A DNA stretch of 34,465 bases from a virus (IMGVR_UViG_2869924733_000010), one strand, 5' to 3'. Positions 1 through 13,144 are shown, numbered from the stretch's first letter. Made by a program: numbers and translations. Notes: generated from the letters alone by a model not told the origin.

Positions 1-1362
1 ATGTTTAAACCGGAACTCCTTTCCCCGGCGGGAACGCTGAAAAATATGCGTTACGCTTTCGCTTATGGCGCAGATGCTGTTTATGCGGGCCAGCCGCGTT
101 ACTCCCTACGTGTGCGCAACAACGAATTCAACCACGAAAATCTTCAGCTCGGCATCAATGAAGCCCACGCGCTGGGGAAAAAGTTTTATGTCGTGGTCAA
201 CATTGCACCGCACAACGCCAAGCTGAAAACCTTTATCCGTGACCTGAAACCGGTGGTGGAAATGGGGCCGGATGCGCTGATTATGTCCGATCCAGGGCTG
301 ATTATGCTGGTGCGTGAGCACTTCCCTGAAATGCCGATCCACCTCTCGGTGCAGGCTAACGCCGTAAACTGGGCGACGGTGAAATTCTGGCAGCAAATGG
401 GCCTGACCCGCGTGATCCTCTCTCGCGAGCTGTCGCTTGAAGAGATTGAAGAGATCCGCAATCAGGTGCCGGATATGGAGATCGAGATCTTCGTTCACGG
501 CGCACTGTGCATGGCCTACTCCGGTCGCTGCCTGCTCTCTGGCTATATCAACAAGCGCGATCCGAACCAGGGTACCTGCACCAACGCCTGCCGCTGGGAG
601 TACAACGTCCAGGAAGGGAAAGAAGATGACGTTGGCAACATCGTACACAAGTACGAGCCGATTCCGGTGCAAAATGTTGAGCCGACGCTGGGTATCGGCG
701 CGCCAACCGACAAAGTGTTTATGATCGAAGAGGCCCAGCGTCCGGGCGAGTATATGACCGCGTTTGAAGATGAGCACGGCACTTACATCATGAACTCGAA
801 AGATCTGCGCGCCATCGCCCATGTAGAACGCCTGACCAAAATGGGCGTGCATTCGCTGAAAATCGAAGGTCGTACCAAATCTTTCTACTATTGCGCACGC
901 ACCGCACAGGTTTACCGCAAAGCTATCGATGACGCCGCTGCGGGAAAACCGTTCGATACCAGCCTGCTGGAAACTCTGGAAGGTCTGGCGCATCGTGGCT
1001 ATACCGAAGGTTTCCTGCGTCGTCATACTCACGACGATTATCAGAACTACGAATACGGTTATTCAGTTTCTGACCGCCAGCAGTTTGTTGGTGAGTTTAC
1101 CGGTGAGCGCAAGGGGGACCTCGCAGCGGTAGCGGTGAAAAATAAATTCTCCGTTGGCGACAGTCTTGAGCTGATGACGCCGCAAGGCAACATTAACTTT
1201 ACCCTTGAGCACATGGAAAACGCCAAAGGCGAAGCTATGCCGGTCGCACCAGGCGATGGTTATACTGTGTGGCTCCCGGTCCCGCAGGATCTTGAGCTAA
1301 ATTACGCGCTGCTAATGCGTAATTTCTCCGGGGAAACCACGCGTAACCCCCACGGTAAGTGA
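1..1362 (+). CDS. yegQ: U32-family peptidase YegQ (TrhP), host gene
   Basis: 453 aa ORF; sequence recognised as E. coli YegQ. In K-12 yegQ-cyaR is followed by a P2 remnant (ogrK). Confidence 0.85.
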   Translation: MFKPELLSPAGTLKNMRYAFAYGADAVYAGQPRYSLRVRNNEFNHENLQLGINEAHALGKKFYVVVNIAPHNAKLKTFIRDLKPVVEMGPDALIMSDPGLIMLVREHFPEMPIHLSVQANAVNWATVKFWQQMGLTRVILSRELSLEEIEEIRNQVPDMEIEIFVHGALCMAYSGRCLLSGYINKRDPNQGTCTNACRWEYNVQEGKEDDVGNIVHKYEPIPVQNVEPTLGIGAPTDKVFMIEEAQRPGEYMTAFEDEHGTYIMNSKDLRAIAHVERLTKMGVHSLKIEGRTKSFYYCARTAQVYRKAIDDAAAGKPFDTSLLETLEGLAHRGYTEGFLRRHTHDDYQNYEYGYSVSDRQQFVGEFTGERKGDLAAVAVKNKFSVGDSLELMTPQGNINFTLEHMENAKGEAMPVAPGDGYTVWLPVPQDLELNYALLMRNFSGETTRNPHGK

Positions 1363-1446
1363 TTAATTTCGATTATTTTTCCCGGATGGAAAATTCTTAG
1401 AAACCGATCACATACAGCTGCATTTATTAAGGTTATCATCCGTTTC

Positions 1447-1533
1447 GCTGAAAAACATAACCCATAAAATGCTAGCTGTACCAGGAACCACCTCCTTAGC
1501 CTGTGTAATCTCCCTTACACGGGCTTATTTTTT
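1447..1533 (+). ncRNA. cyaR: CyaR (RyeE) Hfq-binding sRNA
   Basis: Sequence gctgaaaaacataacccataaaatgctagctgtaccaggaaccacctccttagcctgtgtaatctcccttacacgggcttatttttt matches remembered CyaR, with terminator hairpin and T-run; TATCAT -10 box 7 nt upstream. Confidence 0.8.
1507..1533. other. Probable P2 attachment core (attR) overlapping the cyaR 3' end
   Basis: aatctcccttacacgggcttatttttt is the reverse complement of the 27 nt P2 att core as I recall it; lies between host cyaR and phage ogr. Confidence 0.5.
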
Positions 1534-1595
1534 ACGTACAATAAATTGAAATAAAAGGATTTATTTCTGGTCACGTCCACACATTGACCACATCG

Positions 1596-1630
1596 ACAAA
1601 AAAGCCCCTCGACTGAGGGGCTTTCTGTTT
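1596..1630. terminator. Bidirectional intrinsic terminator downstream of ogr
   Basis: Hairpin gcccctcgactgaggggc flanked by an A-run and a T-run. Confidence 0.6.
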
Positions 1631-1634
1631 GTAA

Positions 1635-1853
1635 TTACATCCACATAATTTGCTGCCCTGATGGCAACGGGTGCGGCCTTACGGCGTGGACTTCTCCCGG
1701 CTTCACGATGTATCGCTGTACCGACTCATAAGTGATGAACGTGGCACTGCAATTCACGTTCTGACACTGGTGATAACGCTCTTTTGTCGTGTCAGTGATA
1801 TAGCGGCTTGTACGCGCATGTGCGGCATGCTGGCATAAAGGACAATGAAACAT
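1635..1853 (-). CDS. ogr: Ogr late-gene activator (zinc finger)
   Basis: 72 aa from internal Met MFHCPLCQHAAHARTSRYITD..CQNVNC, Cys4 motif; ORF track start at 1916 is probably too long. Confidence 0.85.
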   Translation of the reverse strand: MFHCPLCQHAAHARTSRYITDTTKERYHQCQNVNCSATFITYESVQRYIVKPGEVHAVRPHPLPSGQQIMWM

Positions 1854-1934
1854 CGCGAGCACCTCTTCCGGTTTTGTTGATGGTGCCATTTTAGTTAATT
1901 TACCCTTATAAAACAAACAGATAAAAACAAAACA

Positions 1935-3098
1935 TTACTCATCACCTTCTGTTTCGTACTCCACATCAGAAAGCCTGACCTCAAGCTCTAAGGACGTCGT
2001 GAAGCCGCTATTATTCAGAAAGTGTGTCACCTTAGTGATTGTCCAGTCCTGCTCGTCTATGACGCGCTTAAAACCTGACACTTTGACCGGCGTTTCCGTG
2101 TAAATATCTGCCCGACCAGTAGCCAGACTGATGGAGAACTCCGCCACGCCCCGTTGCAGCTTATCCCACTTCGCCTGAGCGGCGCGCATGGCCTGCGCTT
2201 TTGTGGCATATACCGTAGTCAGGGCAAAAACGTTATCAGCCTCACCGGCCATGTATTCACCTTCGCGCGCTTCCGGTACTTTAGGCGCTTTCTTCTGCCT
2301 GACCGGTTTCGCTTTCGGGTGCTCCGGTGCGCGCAGGTGTTTCTCTTTCTTTTTGCGTTTCAGTTTTATCTTCTGCTTTTGTGGCTTCGGGTCTTTGGTG
2401 TGTAACCACTTTGCCATTACGCCGGTGTAGGCTCCACGGTCAGCAATCGCAAAATGATGACGGTCGCCGTCGCTGCGGGTGATGGTAATCTGCGGGATTT
2501 TTTTACCGCTGGCCGTCACCCCCTGCCCCGCTTTGAGAAACAGCAGTTTTCCCATTTTTACCGACACCTCACCGCCGTTGCGTTCAGCAAGGCGGGTCAG
2601 GAATTTCGCATCAGACTCCTGCGACTGGTCGATGTGCGGAATTTTAATTCCGGCCAGTGACGGAGCGACACTGGCTTCCAGCCTGTTCCGGGAGGCTATC
2701 GCCTCAACAATCGCACCGAGCGTGGTGTCATGCCATGAGCCTTCCCGGCGGGAATTGAGCGTCCCGCGAAAATCTGCACTCCGGGCGCGGATGGTGACCA
2801 CATCCGGTGCGCCCCGGTGTTCAACCTCATCAACGGTAAATTTCCCTTTGCATACCAGGGCAAAACCTTTCCAGCCGATATACACCGTCAGGACAGCGCC
2901 ACGAACCGGCAGCCCGACCTGCCCGTCGGCATCGTTCAGTTCAATATCAAGCTGGTCAGCCTCAAAGCCCCGGTTATCCGTCAGGGTCATGCTCATCAGA
3001 CGGTCGCTGATATTGCCGGTAATATCCCTGCTGTCGAGCATCAGCATGTAATCCGGCGTCAGCGTACTGCCTGCATCAAATGTCAGCGCATCCAGCAT
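1935..3098 (-). CDS. D: P2 gpD tail protein
   Basis: 387 aa, sequence and length match P2 gpD. Confidence 0.85.
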   Translation of the reverse strand: MLDALTFDAGSTLTPDYMLMLDSRDITGNISDRLMSMTLTDNRGFEADQLDIELNDADGQVGLPVRGAVLTVYIGWKGFALVCKGKFTVDEVEHRGAPDVVTIRARSADFRGTLNSRREGSWHDTTLGAIVEAIASRNRLEASVAPSLAGIKIPHIDQSQESDAKFLTRLAERNGGEVSVKMGKLLFLKAGQGVTASGKKIPQITITRSDGDRHHFAIADRGAYTGVMAKWLHTKDPKPQKQKIKLKRKKKEKHLRAPEHPKAKPVRQKKAPKVPEAREGEYMAGEADNVFALTTVYATKAQAMRAAQAKWDKLQRGVAEFSISLATGRADIYTETPVKVSGFKRVIDEQDWTITKVTHFLNNSGFTTSLELEVRLSDVEYETEGDE

Positions 3099-3577
3099 TA
3101 TCCCGCCCCCGTCATACCCGTGAATTTAGTCGCCATACTGCCAGCCTTACCGATGAGCGATTCCGCCTGTTTACCGATATCGCCATAAAGCGCGGCCAGT
3201 GACTCATCAACGCGGGTGAGCGACAGCGTAAAATCAATTTTCCGGGGTGTGCCGTCTGCAAAGAAAATACTCCCTGTTTCACTCACCTTGCTGATGACAT
3301 ACATGTCGTAAATCATGCCGGTGCCATCCAGCAACGGCCACGCCCGGCCTTCCTCTGCCATCAGTCTGAGCGTGGTCATCGTCAGCTTTCCGCCAGTCAG
3401 TTCGGGATAAAGCACACCGGCAAGTGTGATGTTCTCCTCACCTACACCGAGAAACTGATAGGCATCCCGTTTACCGATACGGGAATTTGACGGCCAGCGA
3501 TAATCTGATTCACGCTGCATGGTCTGATGTGGCAGCGTCTGGCGCATAAAAACAAACATACCTAACGCGAGCATCAT
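3098..3577 (-). CDS. U: P2 gpU tail protein
   Basis: 159 aa, matches P2 gpU. Confidence 0.85.
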   Translation of the reverse strand: MMLALGMFVFMRQTLPHQTMQRESDYRWPSNSRIGKRDAYQFLGVGEENITLAGVLYPELTGGKLTMTTLRLMAEEGRAWPLLDGTGMIYDMYVISKVSETGSIFFADGTPRKIDFTLSLTRVDESLAALYGDIGKQAESLIGKAGSMATKFTGMTGAG

Positions 3578-3591
3578 TTTTCGTCACCTCC

Positions 3592-6038
3592 TTAACCGTC
3601 ATGCATCATGCTGGCACGGGCGCGCGCTCGTTTATCCCGCTCGTATTTTTCGAGCGCATCCTGTAACTGGCGGTCAAGCTGTGTCCCCGGCGCAGTACCA
3701 CCGGTCAGGCTGATGTGATATTCGTTTTTACTCTGGTCCACATAAGAGCGGCCAGCCGGTGCCGTGACCGGCTGATAAGCCTGATAGCCTGCATAAGAGC
3801 TGGTCGCCGGAATATAACCACCGGTGCCATACGTGGCGGCATGAGTTCTGGCGGCGGTCTGGTCAAGTGTGTCTGACTCTTTGTTGATGACGCCGAGTTT
3901 TTCCAGTACCCAGTCAATACCGCTGCGCAGTTTGTTGAACGCATTAAGCGGCAGCATCAGCGCGTCAGCCAGTGCCTGCCCGAACATGACGCCCGTGTCA
4001 CGGCAACGGTTCAGGGTGTCCTGGGTGGCTTTGACCGGTGCAATCAGGTTTTTAAACCACTGCCACGCGGCCTGTAACTTTTCACCCAGCCAGTCAAACA
4101 CCGGCTTAAGTGGCGTGAACAGTTCCCCCACCGGCGCAAATGCCGCTTTCAGCCCTTCAACCACACCGCCGAAGAATACGCTGACAGGCTCCCAGTATTT
4201 ACGGATAAGCAACGCCCCGGCGACAATGGCGGCCACCACGGCCACAACCGGCCAGCTAATCGCCCCGATGGCCGTCATAACAGCACTGCCAACCGTCGTG
4301 AAGATTGCCCCCATTGCGCCTGCTGCCGCGATAATGGCATTGATGCCGGTGATAACCGGCCAGGCTACAAGACCAATGGCACCGATGATGCCAGTCAGCA
4401 CCAGTGCGCCACCGGCAATGAGGCCGATAGTTGACGCCAGTGATTTGTTTTTCTGTATCCAGCCGTCGAGTTTTAACACATACTTTGTGGCCGTCTGCGT
4501 GAGCTTACGCAGCGCGCCTTCCTGCTGGTCAAACAGGTCAGTCCCTACCGCCTCATAAGCGGACTGAAACTCCTTAAAGTCACCGCCGAGGTTGTCCTGC
4601 ATGATATTTACCAGCTCCGCGGTCTTCCCGTCTGAGGCTTTAAACGCAGCGGTCAGTTTGTCCAGCCTTCCGGTTGAGGCGGCAGTCATCAGCACAGCAG
4701 CGGCTGAGCTGGCCTCCTCCCCGAAAATGGTTTTCATGTATTCAGCCTGCTGGGCAGTACCGAGCCGGTTTTTATCAAAACTGGCCTGCATTTCTTTCAG
4801 AATGGTAAATACTGGCCGGGTGTTTCCCTTGCTGTCTGAGGTTTTCACACCAAGCTCTTTCAGTGCATCCCATGCTTTTCCCGTCGGTGCCTGCAGGCGG
4901 CTTAACACGGCACGGCTTCCCGTCCCCGCCATTGAACCGGTAATTTTTGCATCATGCAGTGCCCCGACCATTGCGGCGGTTTCTTCAATGCTGACACCGG
5001 CATTTTTTGCCACAGGTGCGGCATAGGTCAGCGCATCGCTCATGCCGTCAAAATCGGCGGCGGTTTTGTTCATCGTCATGGAGAGAACATCCCCGATATG
5101 AGCAACCTTATCGTTTGAAAGCTGAAAGGCGGATTTCATCCCCATCAGCAGGGCGGCGTTTTCTTCCATCGTGCGGCGGTTCGCCAGCGCCATATTCAGC
5201 GTGACCGGCGTTGCCGCCTGAATGGCATCAACATCTCCACCCGCTTTCGCAATGATAATCTGCGCACCGGCCGCATCATCCGCTGAGGCGGCGGTATTGT
5301 CACCGAGCTGGCGCGCCTGCTTGCGTAGCGCGGCCATTTCGGCGGAGTCTTTTGCCACTCCTAGCACGGCCTGCAATTCTGAGTTTTTCTGCGCAAACTC
5401 ATAACCGGGCATCAGCAACTTAACTCCGGCCATCGTTCCCGCCGCCGCAATCCCCACACCGGCAGCGCCTACTGAGGCCATATTTCCGGCCAGTTCCTTT
5501 CCGGCCTGATAACGCTGTTTTACTGCGTTAAGTTTTGCCTGTTGCGCACTGACACGCGCCAGCGCGTCGCGCTGACGGTTAAGTTGTGCGGTGGTTTCAC
5601 TGATACGGTTTTTCAGTCCCTGCTCATCATGTGCAAGATTGCGGGTATTAATTCCCACAGCGGCCAGTTCCCGCTGCTGGCGTTTAACGGAATCCGTCAG
5701 GCGGTTATATTTCGCCTGTAAGTCCTCCGCCGCACGCTTTGCGGATTCCAGCACTTTCGCCTGAGCACGGGTGGGACGTTCGGTGTTTTTAAACTGTGTG
5801 GCAAGGGCTTCGGCCTCCTGCCGTGCCTTTTCAAGTGCATGACCAGTCACGGCGAGCTGTGCACTGGTCTTGCGAAATCCCTCAATACGGGATGCGTGAC
5901 CGTTCAGCTCGCGCAGTGATTTTTGTGTTTCCCGGATATCCCCGACAGCGACTTGCTCGCTGTGCGGATGGATTTAAACGGGCGGGATGCCTGGTCAACA
6001 GCCCTGAGCAATACCTGTAATTTTACATTGTTACTCAT
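3592..6038 (-). pseudogene. T: Tail tape measure gpT with a 1-nt frameshift near the 5' end (or sequencing error)
   Basis: ATG at 6038 encodes MSNNVKLQVLLRAVDQASRPFKSIRTASKSLSG then leaves frame at a C4 run (5940..5943, plus strand); the 752 aa ORF 3592..5850 continues in another frame. Span is 2447 nt, one short of 2448 for an 815 aa protein. Confidence 0.7.
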
Positions 6039-6182
6039 TCGTGTTTCCGCTTCGCCGGAGCGCCTTTTCGCGCCATGTGATGAGTTCGGTCAGACTCATG
6101 GGATACAGTTCTGATGGCGGCCAGTGAAATATCACTGCCACATCCGCCATCAGCTCATCGACCGACAGATTTTTCGGGAACG

Positions 6183-6458
6183 TTACTGCACCGAGTTCGG
6201 CGACAAAAAACCGACCACCTTACCGGCCAGCGCCACAAGGTCAGGCAGTTCCAGCGCGGCGACTTCCTGCTCGGTCAGCATCGGTGCCGTCATGCGCGGC
6301 AGCACCTTAATCAGTGCATCGACTTCGGAGTTTGCGACCGCAGCCAGACTGACACCGCGCAGCGTCCCGGCATTGGGTTTCATCAGCGTGACCTGTTCGA
6401 TAACCTGCTCACCACGCTTGACCGGATTGTCCAGGGTAATCACATTTTCTTTGTTCAT
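6183..6458 (-). CDS. E: P2 gpE tail chaperone; E+E' made by -1 frameshift, extending to about 6031
   Basis: 91 aa ORF ending VVGFLSPNSVQ; the -1 frame from the slippery site stays open to a TAA overlapping the T start codon. Confidence 0.8.
   Translation of the reverse strand: MNKENVITLDNPVKRGEQVIEQVTLMKPNAGTLRGVSLAAVANSEVDALIKVLPRMTAPMLTEQEVAALELPDLVALAGKVVGFLSPNSVQ
6204..6210 (-). other. Programmed -1 ribosomal frameshift slippery heptamer TTTTTTG (E to E')
   Basis: Minus-strand GGTTTTTTGTCG inside the 3' end of E; E+E' 6031..6458 is 428 nt, i.e. 143 codons after the -1 shift. Confidence 0.7.
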
Positions 6459-6514
6459 GGTTTTCTCACTTCTGAATCAGGGTTAACCGGTCAGCCTGGC
6501 TGACCGGATGAAAA

Positions 6515-7032
6515 TCACAGGCCGATATTGCGGCGGTGTTGCTCCAGCCGGTCGACACCGTTCACCTTCTCAATCATGTTGATGGTGTCGATTTCGACCA
6601 GCTCCTTACCGTCCATCGTCAGCCGGAAATAGGTGCAGACCACGGAGATTTTCGACTCGGTGTCTTCTCCCTGTTTCCCCTCGCCGGTGTCGATTTCTTT
6701 CTGACGGCCACGCATGACCACCTCGACGGCCACCGTTTCGCCGGTATCGTCGCGCTGGTAAGAGCCAGCAAAACGAATCGGTACGGCATCCACGCCGGTT
6801 GCGGCGTAGAGCTCCCAGATAACCGAATCCGGGAAGCCCCGAGCGACCACTCCATTGACAGCGCATCGTCATCAAGGCCGAGGTCTACCGGTGCGCTTCC
6901 GTTCATCCCCGCACCGCGATAGTTTTCGAGTTTACGGGTCAGTTTTGGCAGCGTGACGGACTTTGCAACGCCCTGATAGCTGTAGCCGTTCAGAAAGACG
7001 TTCATTAACTTGAGTTTGCGCGGCATTGCCAT
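6515..7032 (-). pseudogene. FII: Tail tube gpFII with a 1-nt frameshift (or sequencing error)
   Basis: ORFs 6619..7032 and 6515..6850 carry the N- and C-terminal halves in different frames; break at MEWSLG/GFPDS, a C4 run at 6837..6840; span is 518 nt against 519 expected for 172 aa. Confidence 0.7.
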
Positions 7033-7044
7033 CGGTCAGGCTCC

Positions 7045-8235
7045 TTAATTGCTGTTAACCGAGGTGACCAGATTTGCCTGGTATTTATCGGTAATACGCT
7101 GGCGCAGGGTCAGGTTTTCGAGAGGAGGCACCGGTGTATAGTCGTAGTCGATATACAGTTTTCCGGCCTTGAGGGTTTCCGCATCGTTGGATTCTTCGCT
7201 GAACCAGCAGGTCGCATCCACGATATAGCCGTTTGTTTTCAGCTCACGGAATTTGGCATTGATGCCGTCAACGATGTCGCGAATCAGCGTTGCGGTGATG
7301 GGCTTGTCCACCGCCCACATGTGCGCCTCAGCCATCGTGTCGGCCAGCACCTGCGCGGTGCGGGTGTAGTTTTCAAAGAGGAACAGCGGGTCATCAGAGC
7401 AGGTACGGTTACCCCAGAAGCGGAAACCGTCACGGCGAATCAGCGTTGTGACGCCTGACTCGTTAAGCAGGTCAGCATCGGTGCCGGACTCCTGCAAATC
7501 CCAGAATACGGACGCGCTGATGCCGGTAACACCGTTCACCCCGACGTTGGACAGCGTTTTATGCCAGCCCTGCTCCTGGTCGATTTTAGCGCGCAGCCCC
7601 AGCGCACGGGCGGTGGCATACGCGGTGGAGGTGGTACTGGTGACCGTATCCCATGCGAGGAAATCCGGCCAGATGACCATCAGCTCACGCTGGCTGAAAT
7701 TCTGGCGGTAGGCTTTCACCTCGGAAATGGTTTTACAGCCCCATGCGCTGATATACCCGAAAGCGCGCAGCTTCTGACAGACTGATGCCAGTGCAACAGC
7801 CACCTCTTTGGTATCCAGTCCCGGCACACCGAGAATGCGCGGTTTAACACCGGTTACCGACTCCGCCGCCAGCAGGGCTTTCAGTCCGGTGTACTGACCG
7901 TTTTCGTCGGTGGTGCCGATGATATTGGAAACGGTCTGCGCGAGCTTCGTTTCTTCGTCGTCGCCGGTGCCGTCTTCCACGCGCACAACAACGGTGACCG
8001 GTTTTGACTGGTCAGCGATGGCCTGTAACGACGCCGCCAGCGTGCCTTTTTTACCGGCCTTTGCAATTGCGCTCTGCACATTGGTAATCAGCACCGGTTT
8101 ATTGAGGGGGAAGGTTTCCGCATCTGCATCGCTGGCCGTGCAGACCATGCCGACAATGGCCGTGGATACGGTGGAAATGACGCGGGTGCCGTCGTTAATC
8201 TCCAGCACCTGCACGCCGTGATGATAGTCACTCAT
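7045..8235 (-). CDS. FI: P2 gpFI tail sheath
   Basis: 396 aa, matches P2 FI. Confidence 0.9.
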   Translation of the reverse strand: MSDYHHGVQVLEINDGTRVISTVSTAIVGMVCTASDADAETFPLNKPVLITNVQSAIAKAGKKGTLAASLQAIADQSKPVTVVVRVEDGTGDDEETKLAQTVSNIIGTTDENGQYTGLKALLAAESVTGVKPRILGVPGLDTKEVAVALASVCQKLRAFGYISAWGCKTISEVKAYRQNFSQRELMVIWPDFLAWDTVTSTTSTAYATARALGLRAKIDQEQGWHKTLSNVGVNGVTGISASVFWDLQESGTDADLLNESGVTTLIRRDGFRFWGNRTCSDDPLFLFENYTRTAQVLADTMAEAHMWAVDKPITATLIRDIVDGINAKFRELKTNGYIVDATCWFSEESNDAETLKAGKLYIDYDYTPVPPLENLTLRQRITDKYQANLVTSVNSN

Positions 8236-8327
8236 CCGTTTAACTCCGTGGTTAATGGGTGCAACTATTTTCTGTTGTGCAGAGCATGAGACGCTATTTG
8301 ACCTGGCTGGTCAGGGGATGAAACAAC

Positions 8328-8357
8328 AGATAAAGAAAATGCGGGCAATTCGCCCGC
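8328..8357 (-). terminator. Intrinsic terminator between the hotspot and the FI promoter region
   Basis: Hairpin gcgggcgaattgcccgc followed by a T-rich tract on the minus strand. Confidence 0.55.
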
Positions 8358-8427
8358 CTGTCCTGATTTGTACTCACTCATTTTCCGCCTGACAATTTAC
8401 ATAGCCCAAATGCTATCAAATCTGACA

Positions 8428-8458
8428 GTCTGCTTTGAGCGAGGAGCGGACATTGAGC
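8428..8458 (+). repeat. Copy Z of a ~30 bp conserved motif (core TGA-N11-ACA)
   Basis: gtctgctttgagcgaggagcggacattgagc resembles the minus-strand copies at 14100..14135 and 18095..18130. Confidence 0.5.
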
Positions 8459-8531
8459 TTGGTCTCAAGTATGCTGATTTTTTTTAGCTAATATCTTGGT
8501 TTTTTGATCAATAGGTTGCTGGTCAGACCTA

Positions 8532-9684
8532 AATAGCTGCGCGGAATAGTAGATCATTTTGAGGGAACTTAGCCCGGATTGTGCGATCTGATCAATCGCC
8601 AAATCAAAACAAATCACCAACCGGACTGAGCAATGCCGATCATAGCACCAATTTCCCGTGACGAACGACGCCTGATGCAGAAAGCCATCCATAAAACACA
8701 CGATAAAAATTATGCCCGCAGACTGACTGCCATGCTGATGCTGCACCGGGGCGACCGTGTCAGCGACGTTGCCAGAACGCTCTGCTGCGCCCGTTCCTCT
8801 GTTGGACGCTGGATTAACTGGTTCACGCAGTCGGGTGTTGAGGGACTGAAATCATTACCTGCCGGGCGTGCCCGTCGCTGGCCGTTTGAGCATATCTGCA
8901 CACTGTTACGTGAGCTGGTAAAACATTCTCCCGGCGACTTTGGCTACCAGCGTTCACGCTGGAGTACAGAACTGCTGGCAATAAAAATCAATGAGATAAC
9001 CGGTTGCCAGTTAAATGCCGGAACCGTTCGCCGCTGGTTGCCGTCTGCGGGGATTGTGTGGCGAAGGGCTGCGCCAACTCTGCGTATCCGTGACCCGCAT
9101 AAAGATGAAAAGATGGCAGCAATCCATAAAGCACTGGACGAATGCAGCGCAGAGCATCCGGTCTTTTATGAAGATGAAGTGGATATCCATCTTCATCCCA
9201 AAATCGGTGCGGACTGGCAACTGCGCGGACAGCAAAAACGGGTGGTCACGCCGGGACAGAATGAAAAATATTATCTGGCCGGAGCGCTGCACAGCGGGAC
9301 AGGTAAAGTCAGCTATGTGGGCGGCAACAGCAAAAGTTCGGCGCTGTTCATCAGCCTGCTGAAGCGGCTTAAAGCGACATACCGTCGGGCGAAAACCATC
9401 ACGCTGATCGTGGACAACTACATTATCCACAAAAGCCGGGAAACACAGAGCTGGCTGAAGGAGAACCCGAAGTTCAGGGTCATTTATCAGCCGGTTTACT
9501 CGCCATGGGTGAATCATGTTGAACGGCTATGGCAGGCACTTCACGACACAATAACGCGTAATCATCAGTGCCGCTCAATGTGGCAACTGTTGAAAAAAGT
9601 TCGCCATTTTATGGAAACCGTCAGCCCATTCCCCGGAGGCAAACATGGACTGGCAAAAGTGTAGCGGTATTAAGCGCAGCTATT
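8532..9684 (+). mobile_element. IS630, complete (1153 bp), TA target duplication in a CTAG context
   Basis: Terminal inverted repeats aatagctgcgc / gcgcagctatt; TA at 8530..8531 and 9685..9686; reconstructed target gaccTAggat. Confidence 0.85.
8633..9664 (+). CDS. IS630 transposase (DDE, Tc1/IS630 family)
   Basis: 343 aa ORF recognised as IS630-family transposase. Confidence 0.85.
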   Translation: MPIIAPISRDERRLMQKAIHKTHDKNYARRLTAMLMLHRGDRVSDVARTLCCARSSVGRWINWFTQSGVEGLKSLPAGRARRWPFEHICTLLRELVKHSPGDFGYQRSRWSTELLAIKINEITGCQLNAGTVRRWLPSAGIVWRRAAPTLRIRDPHKDEKMAAIHKALDECSAEHPVFYEDEVDIHLHPKIGADWQLRGQQKRVVTPGQNEKYYLAGALHSGTGKVSYVGGNSKSSALFISLLKRLKATYRRAKTITLIVDNYIIHKSRETQSWLKENPKFRVIYQPVYSPWVNHVERLWQALHDTITRNHQCRSMWQLLKKVRHFMETVSPFPGGKHGLAKV

Positions 9685-9755
9685 TAGGATCAGATATAAA
9701 AAGTATGATTTTATTCTCCCCACATAGATGAAAAAAACAAAGAAGCATAACTTTT

Positions 9756-10332
9756 ATGACCAAGACAAATAGGCACAACTTTCCTCCAAGCGTTGTAGGT
9801 AAGGTAGCAGAGCGCGCTACATATATTTGTAGCAATCCCTCTTGTCATAGGGTAACAATCGGCCCGGATCAATTGGCGGAAAATCTTTCTATCAAGACGG
9901 GTGAGGCGGCGCATATCTGCGCGGCGAGCCCTGGCGGACCGCGCTATGACATGTCTCAGTCAGAAACAGAGCGGAAGAGCATAAAAAATGCTATATGGTT
10001 GTGCGGAGCTTGTGCTGATTTAGTTGATAAGAATGGCGGTATGGGCTACCCCGCCGAGTATTTGCGAAAATGGAAACGTGACCACGAATCACTAATGAAG
10101 GAGTGCTTGGAGGGAGGAAAGAGGCTAATGTTTCAATTTCTATCGCATCGCCCAGACGAGAAAATTGCTCTGCGGTTGATCCATTTATTGGAAGACAAGA
10201 GTTCTCTTTATCTGCCATATGCTCAAGAGGATCCAGCACGAGTCTCGGATTCTTTGAAGGAGCTCCGACTCTCTCTTACGGCGATTCGCTCCGAGATTGC
10301 ACCTGAGTCTCCGCTATCGTTGATCGTCGAGT
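9756..10332 (+). pseudogene. 5' part (codons 1..192) of an HNH-like zinc-finger protein gene, interrupted by IS911
   Basis: CSNPSCH ... AAHICAASPGGPRYD ... NAIWLCGACADLVDKN matches the HNH pattern CxxC..H..N..CxxC with the last His replaced by Ala; the ORF tail after residue 192 is IS911 sequence. Confidence 0.6.
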
Positions 10333-10667
10333 TGAAGTGGCACACTGAATTTGGCCACCTGAACAGAGGTGATATGCTCACCTCAGAACAACACAGGTGC
10401 TCCAATGAAAAAAAGAAATTTTAGCGCAGAGTTTAAACGCGAATCCGCTCAACTGGTTGTTGACCAGAAATACACGGTGGCAGATGCCGCCAAAGCTATG
10501 GATGTTGGCCTTTCCACAATGACAAGATGGGTCAAACAACTGCGTGATGAGCGTCAGGGCAAAACACCAAAAGCCTCTCCGATAACACCAGAACAAATCG
10601 AAATACGTAAGCTGAGGAAAAAGCTACAACGCATTGAAATGGAGAATGAAATATTAAAAAAGGCTAC

Positions 10668-12796
<2,129 letters not shown>

Positions 12797-12804
12797 CCAC
12801 TTCA

Positions 12805-12983
12805 AGTCAATTGTCCGTGCGTGCCGACACTATATGAATTCAACGCCAGATCGGCCGGGCATTGAGGAGCTTAACTTCTCCCTCGGCGCAGTTCGTAAGG
12901 TAGTAGGAATTAACATCGGAGAACTATTGAAACACTATGAAATCCAGGTGAGTCACGAATTGCATTCTATTATTCCTAAATGA
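12805..12983 (+). pseudogene. 3' part of the IS911-interrupted HNH-like gene
   Basis: Removing IS911 and one AGT copy joins ...IVE to SIVRACRHYMNSTPDRPGIEELNF...IIPK in frame, giving a ~250 aa protein. Confidence 0.6.
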
Positions 12984-13144
12984 ATTTTAACCAATAACTC
13001 AAGTTGGCGAAGCCTGAAAAAGATGAGCTTCGCCATTTTTCTCGGACCTTGAGTAATTAGTGCAGACACAATAAGCATATTGTTTTCGAGTGCACGACGA
13101 ACGTAGTTTTCGATACTTTGAGTATTATAGCTTCAACTTTTTAC

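Noticed and set aside
1363-1446. CRP operator upstream of cyaR
   Set aside because: A TCACA half-site is present but I could not place a convincing TGTGA-N6-TCACA palindrome by eye; only the -10 box is reported.
2154-5404. Plus-strand ORFs of 60 to 229 aa overlapping D, U and T (e.g. 2479..3051, 3869..4558, 4592..5026)
   Set aside because: They lie antisense inside well-supported tail genes and are Ser/Ala/Pro-rich with no start context; shadow ORFs of GC-rich coding DNA.
5796-6114. Plus-strand ORFs 5796..6020 and 5923..6114
   Set aside because: They overlap the E' extension and the 5' end of T on the opposite strand.
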